Shown: positions 20,685-33,800 of the stretch, piece after piece
How positions within the stretch are numbered: position 1 is the first letter of the stretch
Layout: each line of letters opens with the position of its first letter
Assembly: GCA_004431415.1 (NCBI GenBank)
Contig: QPMI01000545.1
Span: forward strand, 62,001-126,000
DNA from: Cyanophora paradoxa CCMP329
Lineage: Eukaryota; Plantae; Glaucophyta
Reading direction: 5' to 3'
DNA length: 64,000 nt
The notes under the pieces: generated by a model
The model's database searches: none
Seen by the model: the letters and a program-made list of their open reading frames with translations, nothing else
Told to the model about the DNA's origin: nothing
Position numbers and translations under genes: made by a program

Positions 20685-23600
20685 ATGACGTTTAGATTTC
20701 TTTCTCTCAACGTAGCAGGCAAATTAGATCGAGCTTTTAATGATGTGTTAGGTAAATCTTATCGCTCTTTTCTTTTTGATTGCCTCCGCGACAGCGCGAG
20801 GCATTCGGTTGTGTGCTTGCAGGAGACTCATGTTTCTTCTCCTTCTCTATCTAAACGCCTTGCGCGTGCTTGGGGATCGACCCCTTCGTTTTGGTCTCAT
20901 AACCCTAGCGGTCAAGCTACTCAGGGGGTCGCCACTCTCTTTCCTGGCGATTCCCCTTTTTCGATTCGACTGTTGACTCCGGTTGATAGTCCTCGACTGC
21001 AGCTTTTCTTATTCGAGACCAAATTCGGTCCCATTTATTTGTGCAATGTATATGCTCCTACTGATGATTCCGAGCGTCGCGGCTTCTATGACACTCTTCT
21101 ATATACTCTTGAATCCGTGGTTCCCTTCGATGGCCGTCTCATTTTAGGAGGAGATTTAAATTTCCACGAGCTGCCCTCCGATGCTCCTGGCCCTAGTCGC
21201 GGAACCCTTCCCCTGATGCCTTCGAGTTGATCCGGGCTCGTTATGGCCTTTTTGACGCCGGGCCTCGCGCTAGAGCTTGTTTTAAAACTTGGAGCCGGCC
21301 GCGGCCGGATGGGGGATCGATTGAGTCCCGTCTCGATTATTTTTTCCTCTCGTCCTCCCTCCGCGATTGGGCCGTCTCGCTACGTCCGTGGACGGCTTAT
21401 TCTGCAGTCGGCGAGCCGCGCAATTCTGATCATATTGGCATTTTTCTCACGCTTAAAGCTCCAGGGATTTCGCGCCGCGGCCCCGGTCGCTGGCGCATGA
21501 ACTGGGCGGCGTATGGCAAACGGCCTGAGTATGCTGATCTCATTTCTGCTGTAATTCGTGACTGGCGTGCTGAGTGGCCCTTGGTTACTGATCGCGTCCG
21601 CCGATGGGACGCCCTCAAATCAGAGCTCCAGCGTCGCGTACGGGCCTGGGAGCTTGATGAGAAGCGCAGGCAGAAGGACGCCTACGTCTCTTCTGTTCGA
21701 GCTCTCGAAGCTCTCATCCGTCGCCACGCCGCTGGTTCTATTAACGATATCGCTTTCCGCTCACTGCGCACCTCCATGATGCGTACGTTAAATTCGCTTG
21801 TGTCTGACTATGCCAGACAACATTCGCGCAACGAAATTCGTTTCGCCGCGGCGCAAGATGGTCGATCTAGTAAAGCCTTTTTTGAACACTATTTGCCGGA
21901 TTCGCATGCACGGTTTACCGAAGGGCTTCGGGCCCCGGACTCCGAAGGCCCGGAGGTCGCGTCGGACGACCCCTGTACTTTGCTTGAGATTTCTTCTGCC
22001 TATTACGCTCATCTATATGACGGTGCCGCAGCTCAGGCCGCGGTTGATCAGTCGCTGGCTGAGCGGACTGGCGTTGCCTCTCTCTATTCTCCCCACCGCC
22101 TGCTCCCTACTGAGTCTGCGGATCTTGACTCTGACCTATCGCCTGGAGAGCTGCTTCGCGCTTTTAAGGAGATGTCTGGCGGCGCCAAGTCTCCTGGCGT
22201 CGATGGCCTCCCTGCTGAATTTTACGTTCGCTTTTTTGATGAGATTGGCCCCGACTTCTGTGCTTATCTCAGTGCTATGTATGAGTCCGGTCAGGCTTCT
22301 GAGTCCTTGCGGCACGTCCTTATTACTCCTATAACGAAGCCGTCAACGGACCCTACTTTGATTGCGAATCGCCGCCCAATCTCTCTATCTAATGTTGAGG
22401 AGCGTGCAGTTGAACGCGCCCTTTCCAACCGTTTAACACCACTCATGCCTGGCCTTGTATCCCGCTTTCAATCCGGCTTTATTCATCGTCGCTCCGCAGT
22501 GCACCAGGTCATGCTCGTTTATCTATTAATGCATTACGAGGGCGGTAATCCTGAGCTTGAACAACTTTGCTTCGGATTTCTCGATTTTTCAAAAGCTTAT
22601 GACCGCGTTAACTGGAGCTTCCTTTTTGGTCGCTTGAACAGTTCGGCTTCGGATCTCAGTTTATCAAGTGGGTTCGCTTACTTTACTCTGATCTGCAGGG
22701 TTCTGTTCACATTAACGGCTGGACCTCGGCCCCTTTCCCCATTCGATGCGGAGTGCGTCAGGGTGGCCCCCTGTCTCCCTATTTGTATAATTTGTGCACG
22801 CACCTTTTAGCCCTTTTGATTAATGCTGACGTGCGTATACGTGGTGTCCGCCTTTCTCCTAACTCCCTATGTAAGGTACTCCAGTTCGCGGACGATACTG
22901 TTCCTTTAATCTCTTCTTTTGCCGAGCTACCCTTTTGGAAAGAGTGCTTTGATAAATATTGCCGGCTGTCTGGCGCCCTTATTAATCTCGACAAATCTAA
23001 CCTTCTTCCGCTCCGCGATATTCCTGCGGACGCGTGGCCTAGCGTCGAGGACTGTCCCTGGCGGCGCCTCCAGGTGACGGATCTCCCTCCCGCTGAGAAA
23101 ATCCGCAAGTACCTGGGCTTTCCGCTAGAGCCCGATCTGTCTCGCTTCTGGCGTAAGAAAAATGCTGCTCTTGATATCCGTGTGCAGCAAGCGAAAACCT
23201 ATCACATGCCGATGCGCTCCGGCGTGTTTCTTGCATGGGCAGTCTTTATTGGATCCCTTCATTATGCTCTGTATTTGCTTGACCCCCCTGATGCCCAGTA
23301 TTCTGCGTGGCAAGACAAGCTTCGTTCTTTCGCCGGCGTGAGCGGGCAACTTTCGAAGTATATTTCTCCTCTGCCGTGGCGTCAAGGTGGTCTTAACTGC
23401 CCTGATATTCGTGCTTTTTCTCTGTCGCTAAAAATGAAGTGGGTGGCCTTGTTGGCCGACCCGTCCTGCTCGGCTCCTTGGAAGGAGTACCTCTTGAGCA
23501 AACTGGACGCTCAGCTGGCGCCCTTTTCCTACGGCCCCGCCCTTATCTCGCTTCGTCTCCCACTTGACGGTCTTGACTTGCCTTCTATTTGGAAGCAGGC

Positions 23601-26501
23601 TTTCTCGGAGTGGTCTCAGCGCCAGGGCGTGTGTCAGCCTCATACCTCGCTCGAAGTTTTATCCCAACCTCTTTTCTTTAATCCCCTGTTCGATGCTCCG
23701 GGTGCCAAGGTCGACTGGAGTCGTTGTGCACGGTCTGGCTTGCTGCGAGTCTGCGATATCTGGGATTGTACCACCCGGGGGTTTCGGGCTCCAGCAGCTG
23801 CCTCGTCCGCCCTCCATTCCTTTTTCCCTCGTCTGTGCTCCGCGCTCCCGGCAGCATGGCGCCAGGTCCTTGAGGCCCCTGCCCCGCCACCTCAGCATCT
23901 CTGGTGGTCTGGACCGGACGCCTCGGTTGCTCTCCTTCGGGGCCCGAGCGGTACTTTTGTCGCCTTCCCCGTTCGCGATAACCAGATAATTCCACGGGTG
24001 CTGGATTACGTGCCGCGTGTTCCTTGCCGCCCTGCGGCTTCCCACCCTGTGGGCCTATCCTCTAATTCAATTCTGTCTCGTTTGCTTCCGCTGCACGTTT
24101 GCTTTAGCGCTGTCTTTCTCTCTCTACGTCGCGGAACCCTGCCCGGTCTTTTTATTCTAGGAGCAGGCCCCTCTGCCTTTCTTTCTCTTGATAATCTTGC
24201 GTTCACATTTGCTCGTATGCTCCCTCTCCGCCTCTCATCTGTTCGTCGCTTCTACTGCCTTGAGGTCCAGCGGCTTCGCGATGTGTCCAGCCACGCTCAG
24301 ATGCCCGATGCTAAGTGGGGTTTCCCGGCGCCTTGTCTCCGTCCCGTCTTCCTCATCTTGTCGTCCTTCAGTGTTTCCCGATGCTTTGGATCGATGCTCT
24401 TTACCGTTTGCATTTCAAATTGTATCGTTTGGGCGAGCAACAGTCGCCTCGCCGTCGTTTCTGTCGGGTTTGTAATGACGGATCTGCTCGCTCTCACGCG
24501 CACGTTTTCTCTGAGTGCCCGCTTTCTCGTTCGTTCTGGGATTTCATTCGTGAGCGCCTGAATTTCTGGGCTTCTACTCTTCCACCGGAGGAGCGTGAAG
24601 AGGTCGAAGTGCCTGACCTCTCTCTCTTCCACATCCTCTCGGTTCCGGATTTATCTGGGCCCATTTTGCGCAGTAAAGTTAACCCCGCCTTCTGCCTTCG
24701 CTCACTTGGAGCGATCCTTGCTGGCGTATTTTCCATCCAACAGGTTGCTCGCGCTCGGTGCGATCTTGAGGAGGTTGACATTGATGCACCTTCTTACAAC
24801 CGCGCCGCGCTTGTTGCCGCCTGGGACAGAAATATGTCGTACCTAGAGTTCACTCTTCCGCAGGCTTCGGCCTTGTTGGAGGAGCGGCGCGCTCGCTTGG
24901 CTGTTGCTGACGCTGATGATCAGGATGCCTCGGATGCTGAGTCTGGTGCCGGTTCTCATCGTTCTAGTTCAAGCTCTGATTCTGACTCGCCCGACCCTCC
25001 TTCTTCGGGCGGTGCTGACAACCTCGTCTCTTCGCGTGACATCGATTCTGTCCTCCGGAATCCTGCGGAGTTCGCCGTTCGTGGGAATGTCCCGTTGGGG
25101 ATCCCTGGTGGTCGCCCGCCTCCTGCGCCGTCCCCTCCTGCTCTGGCCCCTGTAGTGACCCTTGGGCCCGTTCCTATTCCTGCTCTCGCTGCCCCTCTCG
25201 ACGCTCCTTTTCCCCCATTCCCTGCGGTCCCGATCCCTGTGCTCCTTGGCCCGCTGGCCCCGCCTCTACCTCCTCCCTCCTTACAACTTGCTGTCACGGG
25301 GCCTCTTCACTTGCCTGTTCCCCGGCAGGTCCCTGGTCATCTTGCAGCTCCGTACCCCTTCTTACCTCTTCCCCTTGCTCCTCCACTTCCGCCCCCGCGT
25401 GGCCCTCTTTCTGACGTCCTCCTGGTTCAGCCCCTCTTCAGCCCATCCTTCTTGCCCCGCTTCTGCAACTGTGACGCCGGGCGGCACTATCTTTTTGCAT
25501 GCTCCTCCCGCCACTACGCCCCGGTCTCTTTGCGTCTGCATCCACTTTCCCGGGTCCGCTTGCAGGCCCCCTCGCCTCCAGAGCTCGCCATCACTTCGGC
25601 CTCCCTCGCCTCCGCTCTCGATTCTCCATACCCTTCGAATAGCCGCCTTCTCTCTCCTCCTCCGCCCTCCCTCCCCCCCTCGAGCTCCGGGTCCTCGGCC
25701 TCTGCCCTGCTTCCGAGTGTTGGCGAGACTGTCCTCTTTTCGGTCTCCCCGTCATTCCGACTCCCTGCTCCCCCTTCGGCGCCTCGGGTCCCATCTGCGG
25801 GTCTTATCCCGCTTCCTGGCGCTCGTGAGATTCGCCGCCGGCGCCCTCGTCGGGCCCTTGCGCCCTCGAGCTCGTCTCTCTCTGCGCCGCCCATGACCCC
25901 CGTGTCATCTGATCCGGCGCCACCTGACCTTTCTCCTGCTTCGCTGCCCTCTCTTCGGCGCCGGCAGCGATCCCCGTCACCTGCTCGCGGCCCTTCCCCT
26001 GCGTCCGGATCCGACCCTTCCTCGGCTCCCTCCTCGCCTCTTCCGCCTCGTAGGCCTCCGCCGCGTTCCCGTCGGCGGATCTCTCGATCGACCCTGGACT
26101 CTCCGCCTGCCACTGTCTGTGGGGTACCTCCGCCGCCGTGTTCGGCGCCGGCTGTCAGTACTTTGCTCGGTAGCTCCCCCATCGTGGCTCCTCGGGGCCT
26201 CTTCGTCGTCGTCGTTCGCTGGGTTCCGGCTCCGGGTCAGATTTCTCGCCGGGCTTACCTTCTCCTGGCTCTGCTCCTGGGCCCTCAGCTCCGGGACCGG
26301 CTTCCCCGATCTCCTCCCGGACTCGTGGTCGTACCCGTCGCCGGCTTGCCGAGCCTACGTCTCCTTCTACTTCCCTCCGGCGGTTTGCCGGGCCGGACCC
26401 TCCGGCCTTTGTTCTTGATACCGGACCGCCGCCTTTGCCTTCGTCTTCTGCTTCGCTGGTCGTATCCCGCCGGCGCCGGCGTACTTCGTCTTATAGTTTA
26501 G
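20685..26501 (+). pseudogene. LINE ORF2 (APE endonuclease - reverse transcriptase - zinc finger - Pro/Ser tail), split by three 1-nt frameshifts
   Basis: APE motifs SLNVAG, LQETH, NVYAP, GGDLN, SRLDYF, SDH. RT motifs KSPGVDGLPAEFY, RPISL, QSGF, LDFSKAYDRV, GVRQGGPLSP, QFADD, KYLG. Finger CRVC..HVFSEC. Frameshifts near 21212, 22633 and 24318. Confidence 0.9.
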
Positions 26502-27866
26502 TTCGGTCTAGTTCGGATTCTGATCGTAGTGTTGATGCTAGAGTTAGTTTCAATACTAGCTATAGTCCTCGTGCTCGACCTGTTGTTCGCCGTCGTTTGC
26601 AGTTCGACTGCCCGTCTCGACCCGGTCGGCTTTAGTGATTCCTTTGACTGTCCTTTTGCCTGCTCTTGATCCGCCTGCTCCGCCTCCTGTGTCCTCCTCG
26701 ACCTTGTGCCGTAGCTCTGCCTTTCGCGTCGTCCTGCTTCGCCTCCGCCTCCGCGTCGTCTTGTTGTTCCTCTTACTTGTCTGCTTCCTGTTATTTATCT
26801 TTCTCAAATTTGTCCTCCGCTTCTTAGTGATGTAATTCCTTCCGATATTGATGGTATCTCTAGCTCTGGCTCTTCTTTGTGTCAGTCATCCTCTGTCCCT
26901 AGATCTGCTCGATTTCTCGTCTCTTCTCGATCTGTCTCGAGCTCTGTGTCTTTTCTTTTTTATTGTCGTTTTTGGCTCTTTGTCTTATCTTTCTTCGTGC
27001 TCTTGTCTTAGTTATTTTGCTTTTTTGTCTTTAGGCCCCCTGGGCAGCCCCCGCAGTGCTGGTGTCTAGAGACTGTGGCCGGTAATTCACCAAAAAAAAA
27101 AATAGGGTAGCAGTGTTATTAGCATCAATCGCCTCCGTGTCGAGGCAGAATTAATAATTCTGCCTCGAGGGAGTGCGACGCGGAAATTATTTAGTAGGGG
27201 GGATCTCGAGTGGAAAAAAAGGTTAAAAAAGGAATTTGGCTCGTTGGTTTTTGGGTTTGAGAAAGAGGCTTCGCCTGATTTGAGAAAGAGGCTTCGCCTG
27301 ATTTTGCAAAAAATTTTACAAAAAATTTTGTTTTATTTTTCGAAAAATTTTTCGGCCGGAACCCTGCCCGGGGCCCGCCGCGGCCCGCGGAGGGCCGCGG
27401 GGGTGACGCGGCTGGGCGGCGCGCCGGCGGCCCGCCGGCCCCACCACCCGGGGCCGGGCACCCCCGCCGCCCGCGGCCCCCGCCCGGCGCCCGGCCGCCC
27501 GCGGCCCGCCTCAGGGCCGCCTGGCAGCGCCTGCGACTGGAGGCTGCGAGGCCTAGGCTTCCCCGCCTAGCCGCGGCCTCCTAGCCTGTGAGAGTCCTAG
27601 GGCAGCGAGGCTGCGCTCGCCGGACTTGAAAAGACTCTGATGAGAGTTCGACTGCCTGTGAGGCTAGGCGGCTGGGACTGGCCTGGCCCAGTGGCGCCGA
27701 CCGCGAGGCAGGCGAAGGCCAGGCCTACGCGCGCGCCGGGGCACGCCCGGCACGGGTGCCCACGGCGCAGCCGCCGATCGCGGTCCGACGCGGGGCTGCA
27801 GCCTGCAGCCTGCAGCCTGCAGCCGCCGACCCGGCCGCGCGGCCGGGCCCGCGCCCGCGGCCGCGC

Positions 27867-30800
27867 TCACGAGTCACGACGACTCGGGATCGCGGGGGAG
27901 GCGCCGGCCGAGCCGCCGGCGGGCGGGGCGGGGAGGTCGCCCCTCCTGCCCGCCGGCCCGGGGACGGCGGGGCGGCGAGGCGGGGGCCGGGGCGGGGCCG
28001 GGAGGGCGACGAGGGGGCGGGGGCGGGGCCGGGGCGCGGGCGGGGGCGCGGGGCCTGGGCGGGGCAGGAGGACGGTGACGCGGGCTCCCTCGATGCTGGC
28101 CGGGCCCCTGCGGCGGCTGCCCCGGGGGGCGGCGGCGGCGCCATCGAGAGCGCGGGGCCGGCGGGGCGCGAGGGGCGCCGGGGCCGCCGGGTTGGGCAGG
28201 GGCGAGGTCCCCGCGTCCGGCCGGATCCGCACGATGATCGCCGGGCCCTTGCTCCTGCGAGGGCGATGGGTCTTGTCCTATCGGGGGTGGGGGGGGGGGA
28301 GAATGCAGGGGGGGTACCGCTGCGCGAAGGCGTCCTCCTCGGAGCCGGAGCCCTCGTCGCCGCCGTCGTCGTTGAGGGAGCGCCCCACGCGCGCGACCGC
28401 ACCGGAGGCTGCGCGCAGGGGAAAAGTTGGGTTCGGAGGTCTGGCTTCCTAGAATTGTCCTTTAGAGCCACTAAAGAAGTTCGAGGCCCATCAGACTCGG
28501 CCTCTGGGTGGCCTCGGTCTAGGCCCGCTCGATGGAGGGCGCGGATGGCGCTCAGAACGTCTTCCGAGCTCCGAGCTCCGAGCTCCGGGGGGCGGGGCGG
28601 GGCGGGGCGGGGCGGGGCGCACGGGCGGGCGGCGGGGCGATGGCCCCGTCCTCGTCCTCGTCGCTCTCCGCCGCGCCGCTCGGGCGCCGCTGCGCCGGCG
28701 GCGGCGGCGGTGCTTGCCACGAGGGGTGCGCCGGCGCCGGCGCCGGCGCGGGACCGAGGCGGCCGGGCGGAGCGGCGCGGCGGGGCGGCCGGCGGTGGCC
28801 TGCGGGGCGGGGGGCGTCTCAGCGCGCGCGGCGGGGTCACGGCGGGCGGGGCGGGGGCGCCTCGGGGGCAGCGAGGGGACGGCGGGCGGAGGCGACGCTA
28901 CAGCCCTGCCGAAGGACTGGGCATCGGCGAGGGCGGGGGCCCGGCTTGGCGGCGCGGCGCACCTCGCAGGGGCCGGCGGCGCCGGCTGCTGCTGCTGCGG
29001 GGGCGGAGGCGCCGCAGCCGCTGGCGGGGCGACGGCGGGGGCGGCCTGCGCACGAGGCTGCGATCAGCGGGCGGGCGGGGGCGGGCCGAGCGGGGTGCGG
29101 CAGCTGCTGCGAACCGGACGGCGGGGGCCGGGGGCGGGGAGGGCACGGGCGACTCGGCCGGCTCCCCGTCGCTCTCCCGGTCGGCCTGCGACGCCGCAGA
29201 GTCGAGCGGGCTCCACTGCCAAAGGAGGCGGGCGGGGCGGGGCGGGCGGGCGGGCCTCGGTGACGAGGTCGAGGGAATCATTGCGGGGCAGGGAGGCCCG
29301 CGGCGTGTGCGAGCCCGTGCGCCGGTGCTGGCCCAGGCCCCCCGGCCGCAGCGACGACCCCGGCGTCCGAGGCTGCGCGCGGAGGTGCGCCTCAGAGGCC
29401 GCTAAAGGGGCGGGGCGGGGCGGGGCGCGCGTCCTCAGAGCGGAAGGAGACGGTGGAGACCGAGTTGGACTCGCTCGACGTCGACTCGGACGACGCCCGC
29501 CGCCCGTCCGCCGGCCCCGGCGCCGGCGCCGGCGGGGAGCCGCGGGGCCGCCCGCCGGACCGCAGACACCGCGGACGCCGCCGCTGCTGGCGCTGCGGAG
29601 GCGGCCGAGGGCAGGGCCGGTTTGGGCGCCGGCGCAGGGGCCGGCGCCGGGACCGAGGCGGCGTGAGCGAGGGGCGCGGGGGCGCCCTTGGGAGGGGACG
29701 CGTGGACCGGGGCGAGGGGGCGGCGGGGAGGGGCCGCTGCGGGGAGGGGGCGGCGGGGCGCGGGGCGGCGATGGGGACGGGGTTGGCGAAGGGGTTGGCG
29801 CCCGTGGCGCGGGGCGGCTGGGGCTGCGGCTCGGGCGCGATGCCGAAGACCTGTTCCGGGGCGGGCGGCCCGGCGGAGGCGGAGGCGAGGCGGGGCACCT
29901 CCTCGAGGGCCTGGCCCCGCCGCGCGAGCAGCGGGGGCGGCGCCTCCTGCGGCCGCGCCCGCGAGGGGTCGACGGGCAGGGACCCGTGGAAGGTCCAGTC
30001 CGCCAGGGCGCACGAGGCGTCTGCGCAAGCCGGCGGGCGGCAGGGTGAGCTGTGGGGGCGGGGGAGGGGCCGGGCCCGGCCGGGCACCCTTCGGGATGGG
30101 GTCGAGCTCGGGGCCACGGCGGGGGCCGCCGCCGCCGGCGCCGACGCGTCCTTGGCGTCTGCGTCGACGCGTCGGGGCGGGGCGGGGCGGGGCGAAGCGA
30201 AGCTACGCTGGGCGGGGCGGGCACGGTGGTGGGCGGGGCCGAGGTGGCGGGCGCGGCGGGCGCGGGCCCCCTCGTGGCCCGGGTCGTCCTCCTCCTCGTC
30301 CGACTCGTCCTCCCCCTCGCCCTGGGCGGCCCCCACGGGCTGCAGGGCCTCCGGGACCGTGCCCAGCAGCACGGCCCCCGCCGCGAGGAGGTCCTTGGGG
30401 GTCCCCGGGCGCCGCAGGAGCGCCCGCAGCGCCTCCGGGCGGTTGTTCGTGTAGAAGATGTGGAAGAGCGGCCACGGGCACCCCGCCGCCTGCGTTCGCG
30501 GCCGCCCTAAGGTAAGAGGGGACGGAGCGGGAGGGGGGTACAGCGCGCCTCGAAGAGCCGCCGGGCGGTCTCGTACTGCCCGTAGCGCCACGCGTCCTCC
30601 CCCGCCGCCTTCATCTGAGGTGGGAGGATGTTGAGCCGTACAGCTTTCGTGATAGGGGGTACGGCTCGCCTGGGCGTGGAAAAGGCTCCCGGGCGGGGCC
30701 GAGCCGACCTTCTCGCGGAGCGGCGCGGGGAGGAGCCCCAGCGCGGCCGAGACGTTGCAGGCCTGAAAAAAAGCTCTCAGAAGAAAGACTTTTCCAGGGG

Positions 30801-33800
30801 GGGAGGAACGGAAGGGGGGTACCAGGGCGCCCCAGCGGAGGGGTGCGAGGTCGCCGCCGCCCGTGTAGTGCGCCACGGCCGCCGCCTGCGGAGGGGGGCG
30901 GCGGCTCAGCACAGAGGACGAGGGAAGCAAACGGAAGGGGGGTACCGGCTCGGCGGCAGCGGCGAGGTAGGCGAGCTCGAGGGCGAGGTTGGGGAACCCG
31001 AGGCGGGCCACGTGCTCCAGCACGGGGCGCGCGTAGAACGCGGCGGGGTACCTGGTTAACAACAACAAGTTAGATTTGGGGGGTAGATAACGTGAAGGAA
31101 AGCTGGAGATTACCAGTGGACGATTCGGTAGGCGGCGGCGGAGCGGACGCGGACGTCGGGGCCTCCCGTGGGCGACGCCGGGCGCGGGAGGGGCGCGGGG
31201 GCGCCGCCGCCCGGCGCCGCGGCGTCCGCGGGCCACGCGCACCAGCCGTGCACGAGGTGCTGCGCCAGCGATAGCGGCCTGGGAAGGAACGCGTGAGTAG
31301 GGCTCCAGCAGGGCAAGGCAAGGGAAGGGAGGTAGGGGGGGTACCGGATTCGGACGTCGGCGAGGTCGCCCGTGGGGGCTACCAGCGCCACGCGGTCCGG
31401 CAGCGCCGCGCCGAGCACTGCGGGGGTACGCGATAAGCGGGGGGGGGGGGAGGGATCGCGGGAGGGGCGCACCGGGGTGCGTGGGGCTCAGCACCCCGAC
31501 CTGCGCGGCGCGCAGCGTCAGGGGCGGACGGGGAAGGGGCGACGGCGGGGGGGTACGCGGGCCTGCTCGAGGGCGCCGTCGGCGGTGGCGACGTAGAGGG
31601 CGGAGCGGGCGGCGAGGAGGAGGGCGGGGCCGGCGAAGAGGGCGGAGAGGAAGGCGCGCCCGGGGAGGGCGGGGGCCCCCGGGGCGAGGGAGAGCGCGGG
31701 GGCCTCGACGGCGCAGAGCGGGGCGAGGGATGGGCCCCGGAAGAGGAGCGCCCGGCGGGGCGTGAGCGCGGCGCCCACCACGTCGGCGTCCGCGTCCCGC
31801 CGCCAGTGCTGGAACTCGACCTGGCAGGGGAGGGTCAGGGCGAGCGGGTGGGGGGTGGGGTGGGGGGGGGATGAGGATGGGGGGTACGCGCGCGCCTGGA
31901 GGACGGGCTCGGCGTGCTGGAGGGCGAGGGCGGCGGGGTACGCGTCCGGAACCTCGTCGGGCGCGTTGGGGTCCGAGGCGGCGCCCGGCGGCTCCGGGGC
32001 GAGGTAGATGAGCTCGTCGCGGGTGGGGAGGAGCGCGAGGAGGCCGGCGCCGGCGCCGAAGGGCGTGGCGAAGATGCGGGAGGCGGGGCAGGCGAGGCGG
32101 TAGAGGGCGGCGGCGGGGGGCGCCGGGGCCGGCAGCGGCCGCACGGAGACCTCCAGGCCGTCCTCGGAGAGCAGCGCGAAGCCGTTCCCGCCGAACACGG
32201 CGTCCCGGCAGGGCGCGGCGAGCAGCGGGGCCGAGGCGGGGCCCCCCGCCGCCTCCGTGAAGGCCACGGCGAGGGCCGGGGCGGCCTCGGCCGGCGACGC
32301 GGCGCTGGCCTGCAGGAGCGCCAGGAAGAGCTTGGGGCTCGCCATGCGCGGCTCGTGGTCGAGCCGCGCCACGCGGGGGTACAGCGGGTGCCGCGGCACC
32401 GGCCGCAGCGCGGCGGCGCGGCGGGTGGCCAGGTCGTACGAGATGAGGTATCCCCGGGAGACGAAGTGGAAGCAGGGCTCCGGGAGGGGCGCGGGGGCCC
32501 GCGAGGCGCCCCCCTCCGGCGCCGTCGTCGGCGAGTGCACCTGCGGGGTACGTCGATTCAAAGAGGGGGGGAAGGGAGGCGTTGGGGGGTACCGAGGTGC
32601 CGCCGAGCCAGGAGTCCATGGGGAGGCGGAGCGGTGCGCAGAGGGGTACGCCGCAGGCGCCGGGGGCCGGGGCGCGGGAGGGGGCCCCCGTCACGCTCAG
32701 CACGGGGCACGCGGCCGCCGACCCGTCCTCAGGGCCCAGCGGAAGGCCCTGGGGGATACATGAATGCAAGTTGGGACGGAGAGGGTCCGAAGAGGTGGGG
32801 GGTACGGCGCACCGGGAGGAGGGCGAGGTCGAGTGCGGGGTGGGCGACGAGGCCGGTGCAGGGGGAGCGGGCGGCCGCCCCGGCCCCGCTGCGCGCTGCC
32901 CGGCCGCGTGAGCCGAAGGGAGCTCGCTGGAAAGGGGTACGGGCGGGGCGGGCGCACAGGCGCGGACGCGCTCGGCGGCTGCGGCGAAAGGGTCCCCGGT
33001 CCGCTCCGCCTCGGAGAGGGCCAGAGCGTCCGCGAGGGGCAGCGAGCCTGCGCGGCGCGAGCTCAGTTCGAGGGGTACGTGGGCAACGGGGGGAGGCCCG
33101 CCCCGCCCCGCACCGGGGTACACGACGCAGTCAGGGGAGTTCCAGTCCTTGAGGTCCTCGTTGAGGAACGTACCCCCCGCCTTGCCGTCCGCGGTGGCGG
33201 CGAGGAGGAACGGCTGCGCCGAACCGAAGGCGATGCCGACCACGGGCGAGGCCGTCGCCGGGTACGGCAGCACGCTGCGGGGCGGGGCGGAGTGAGCGGG
33301 GGCGGCGGGGAGGGGGGGAAGGCGGGGGCCCCGCGGACTTGGCCAGAACGACAGCGTTCTGCACGCTCGCGATGGACACCAGCCGCACTGCGGAGCCGGC
33401 GGTGAGCGCGGCGCGGAGCGCGGGGCAGCCGAAAGCGGAGGCAGCGGCGCGCGCCTCGCCCCGAGGCGCCTCCCAGGGCCAGGACGTCACGGGAGGGGTG
33501 GAAGCAGACGGCGCTGGGCCGCAGCGGGTCGTTCGGGATCTCTGCGTGCCGGTGTGAGAGGGAGGAGGAGGCGGAGGCGGCGGCGGGGCGGGCGGGGGGA
33601 GCGGGCGCGCCGTCCATGGTCCAGCGGACGGAGTTCTTCTCGTTCGCGGGCTCCCATATCCGCACGCGCCCGTCCGCGTGCGCCGTTGCCTGCGGCGGGG
33701 CGTCCCCCGGTGCGGCGCGCGGCGCCGGGCGCGGGGCGCGGGGACGGCGGCGGCGGGGCGCACGGCGTACGGCGCGCGCGGGCTCGCGGCCAGCGCGCGC

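Larger units (their letters stand above)
19313..27102 (+). mobile_element. Non-LTR retrotransposon (LINE, L1/Tx1-like), near full length
   Basis: ORF1, then ORF2 with APE, RT and a Cys/His finger, a pyrimidine-rich 3' region and an A11 tail at 27092-27102. No introns. The 5' boundary is approximate. Confidence 0.9.

Noticed and set aside
29392-33273. 1293-aa ORF taken as a single protein
   Set aside because: It runs through introns and switches between real and wrong frames of the TTRAY2-like gene.
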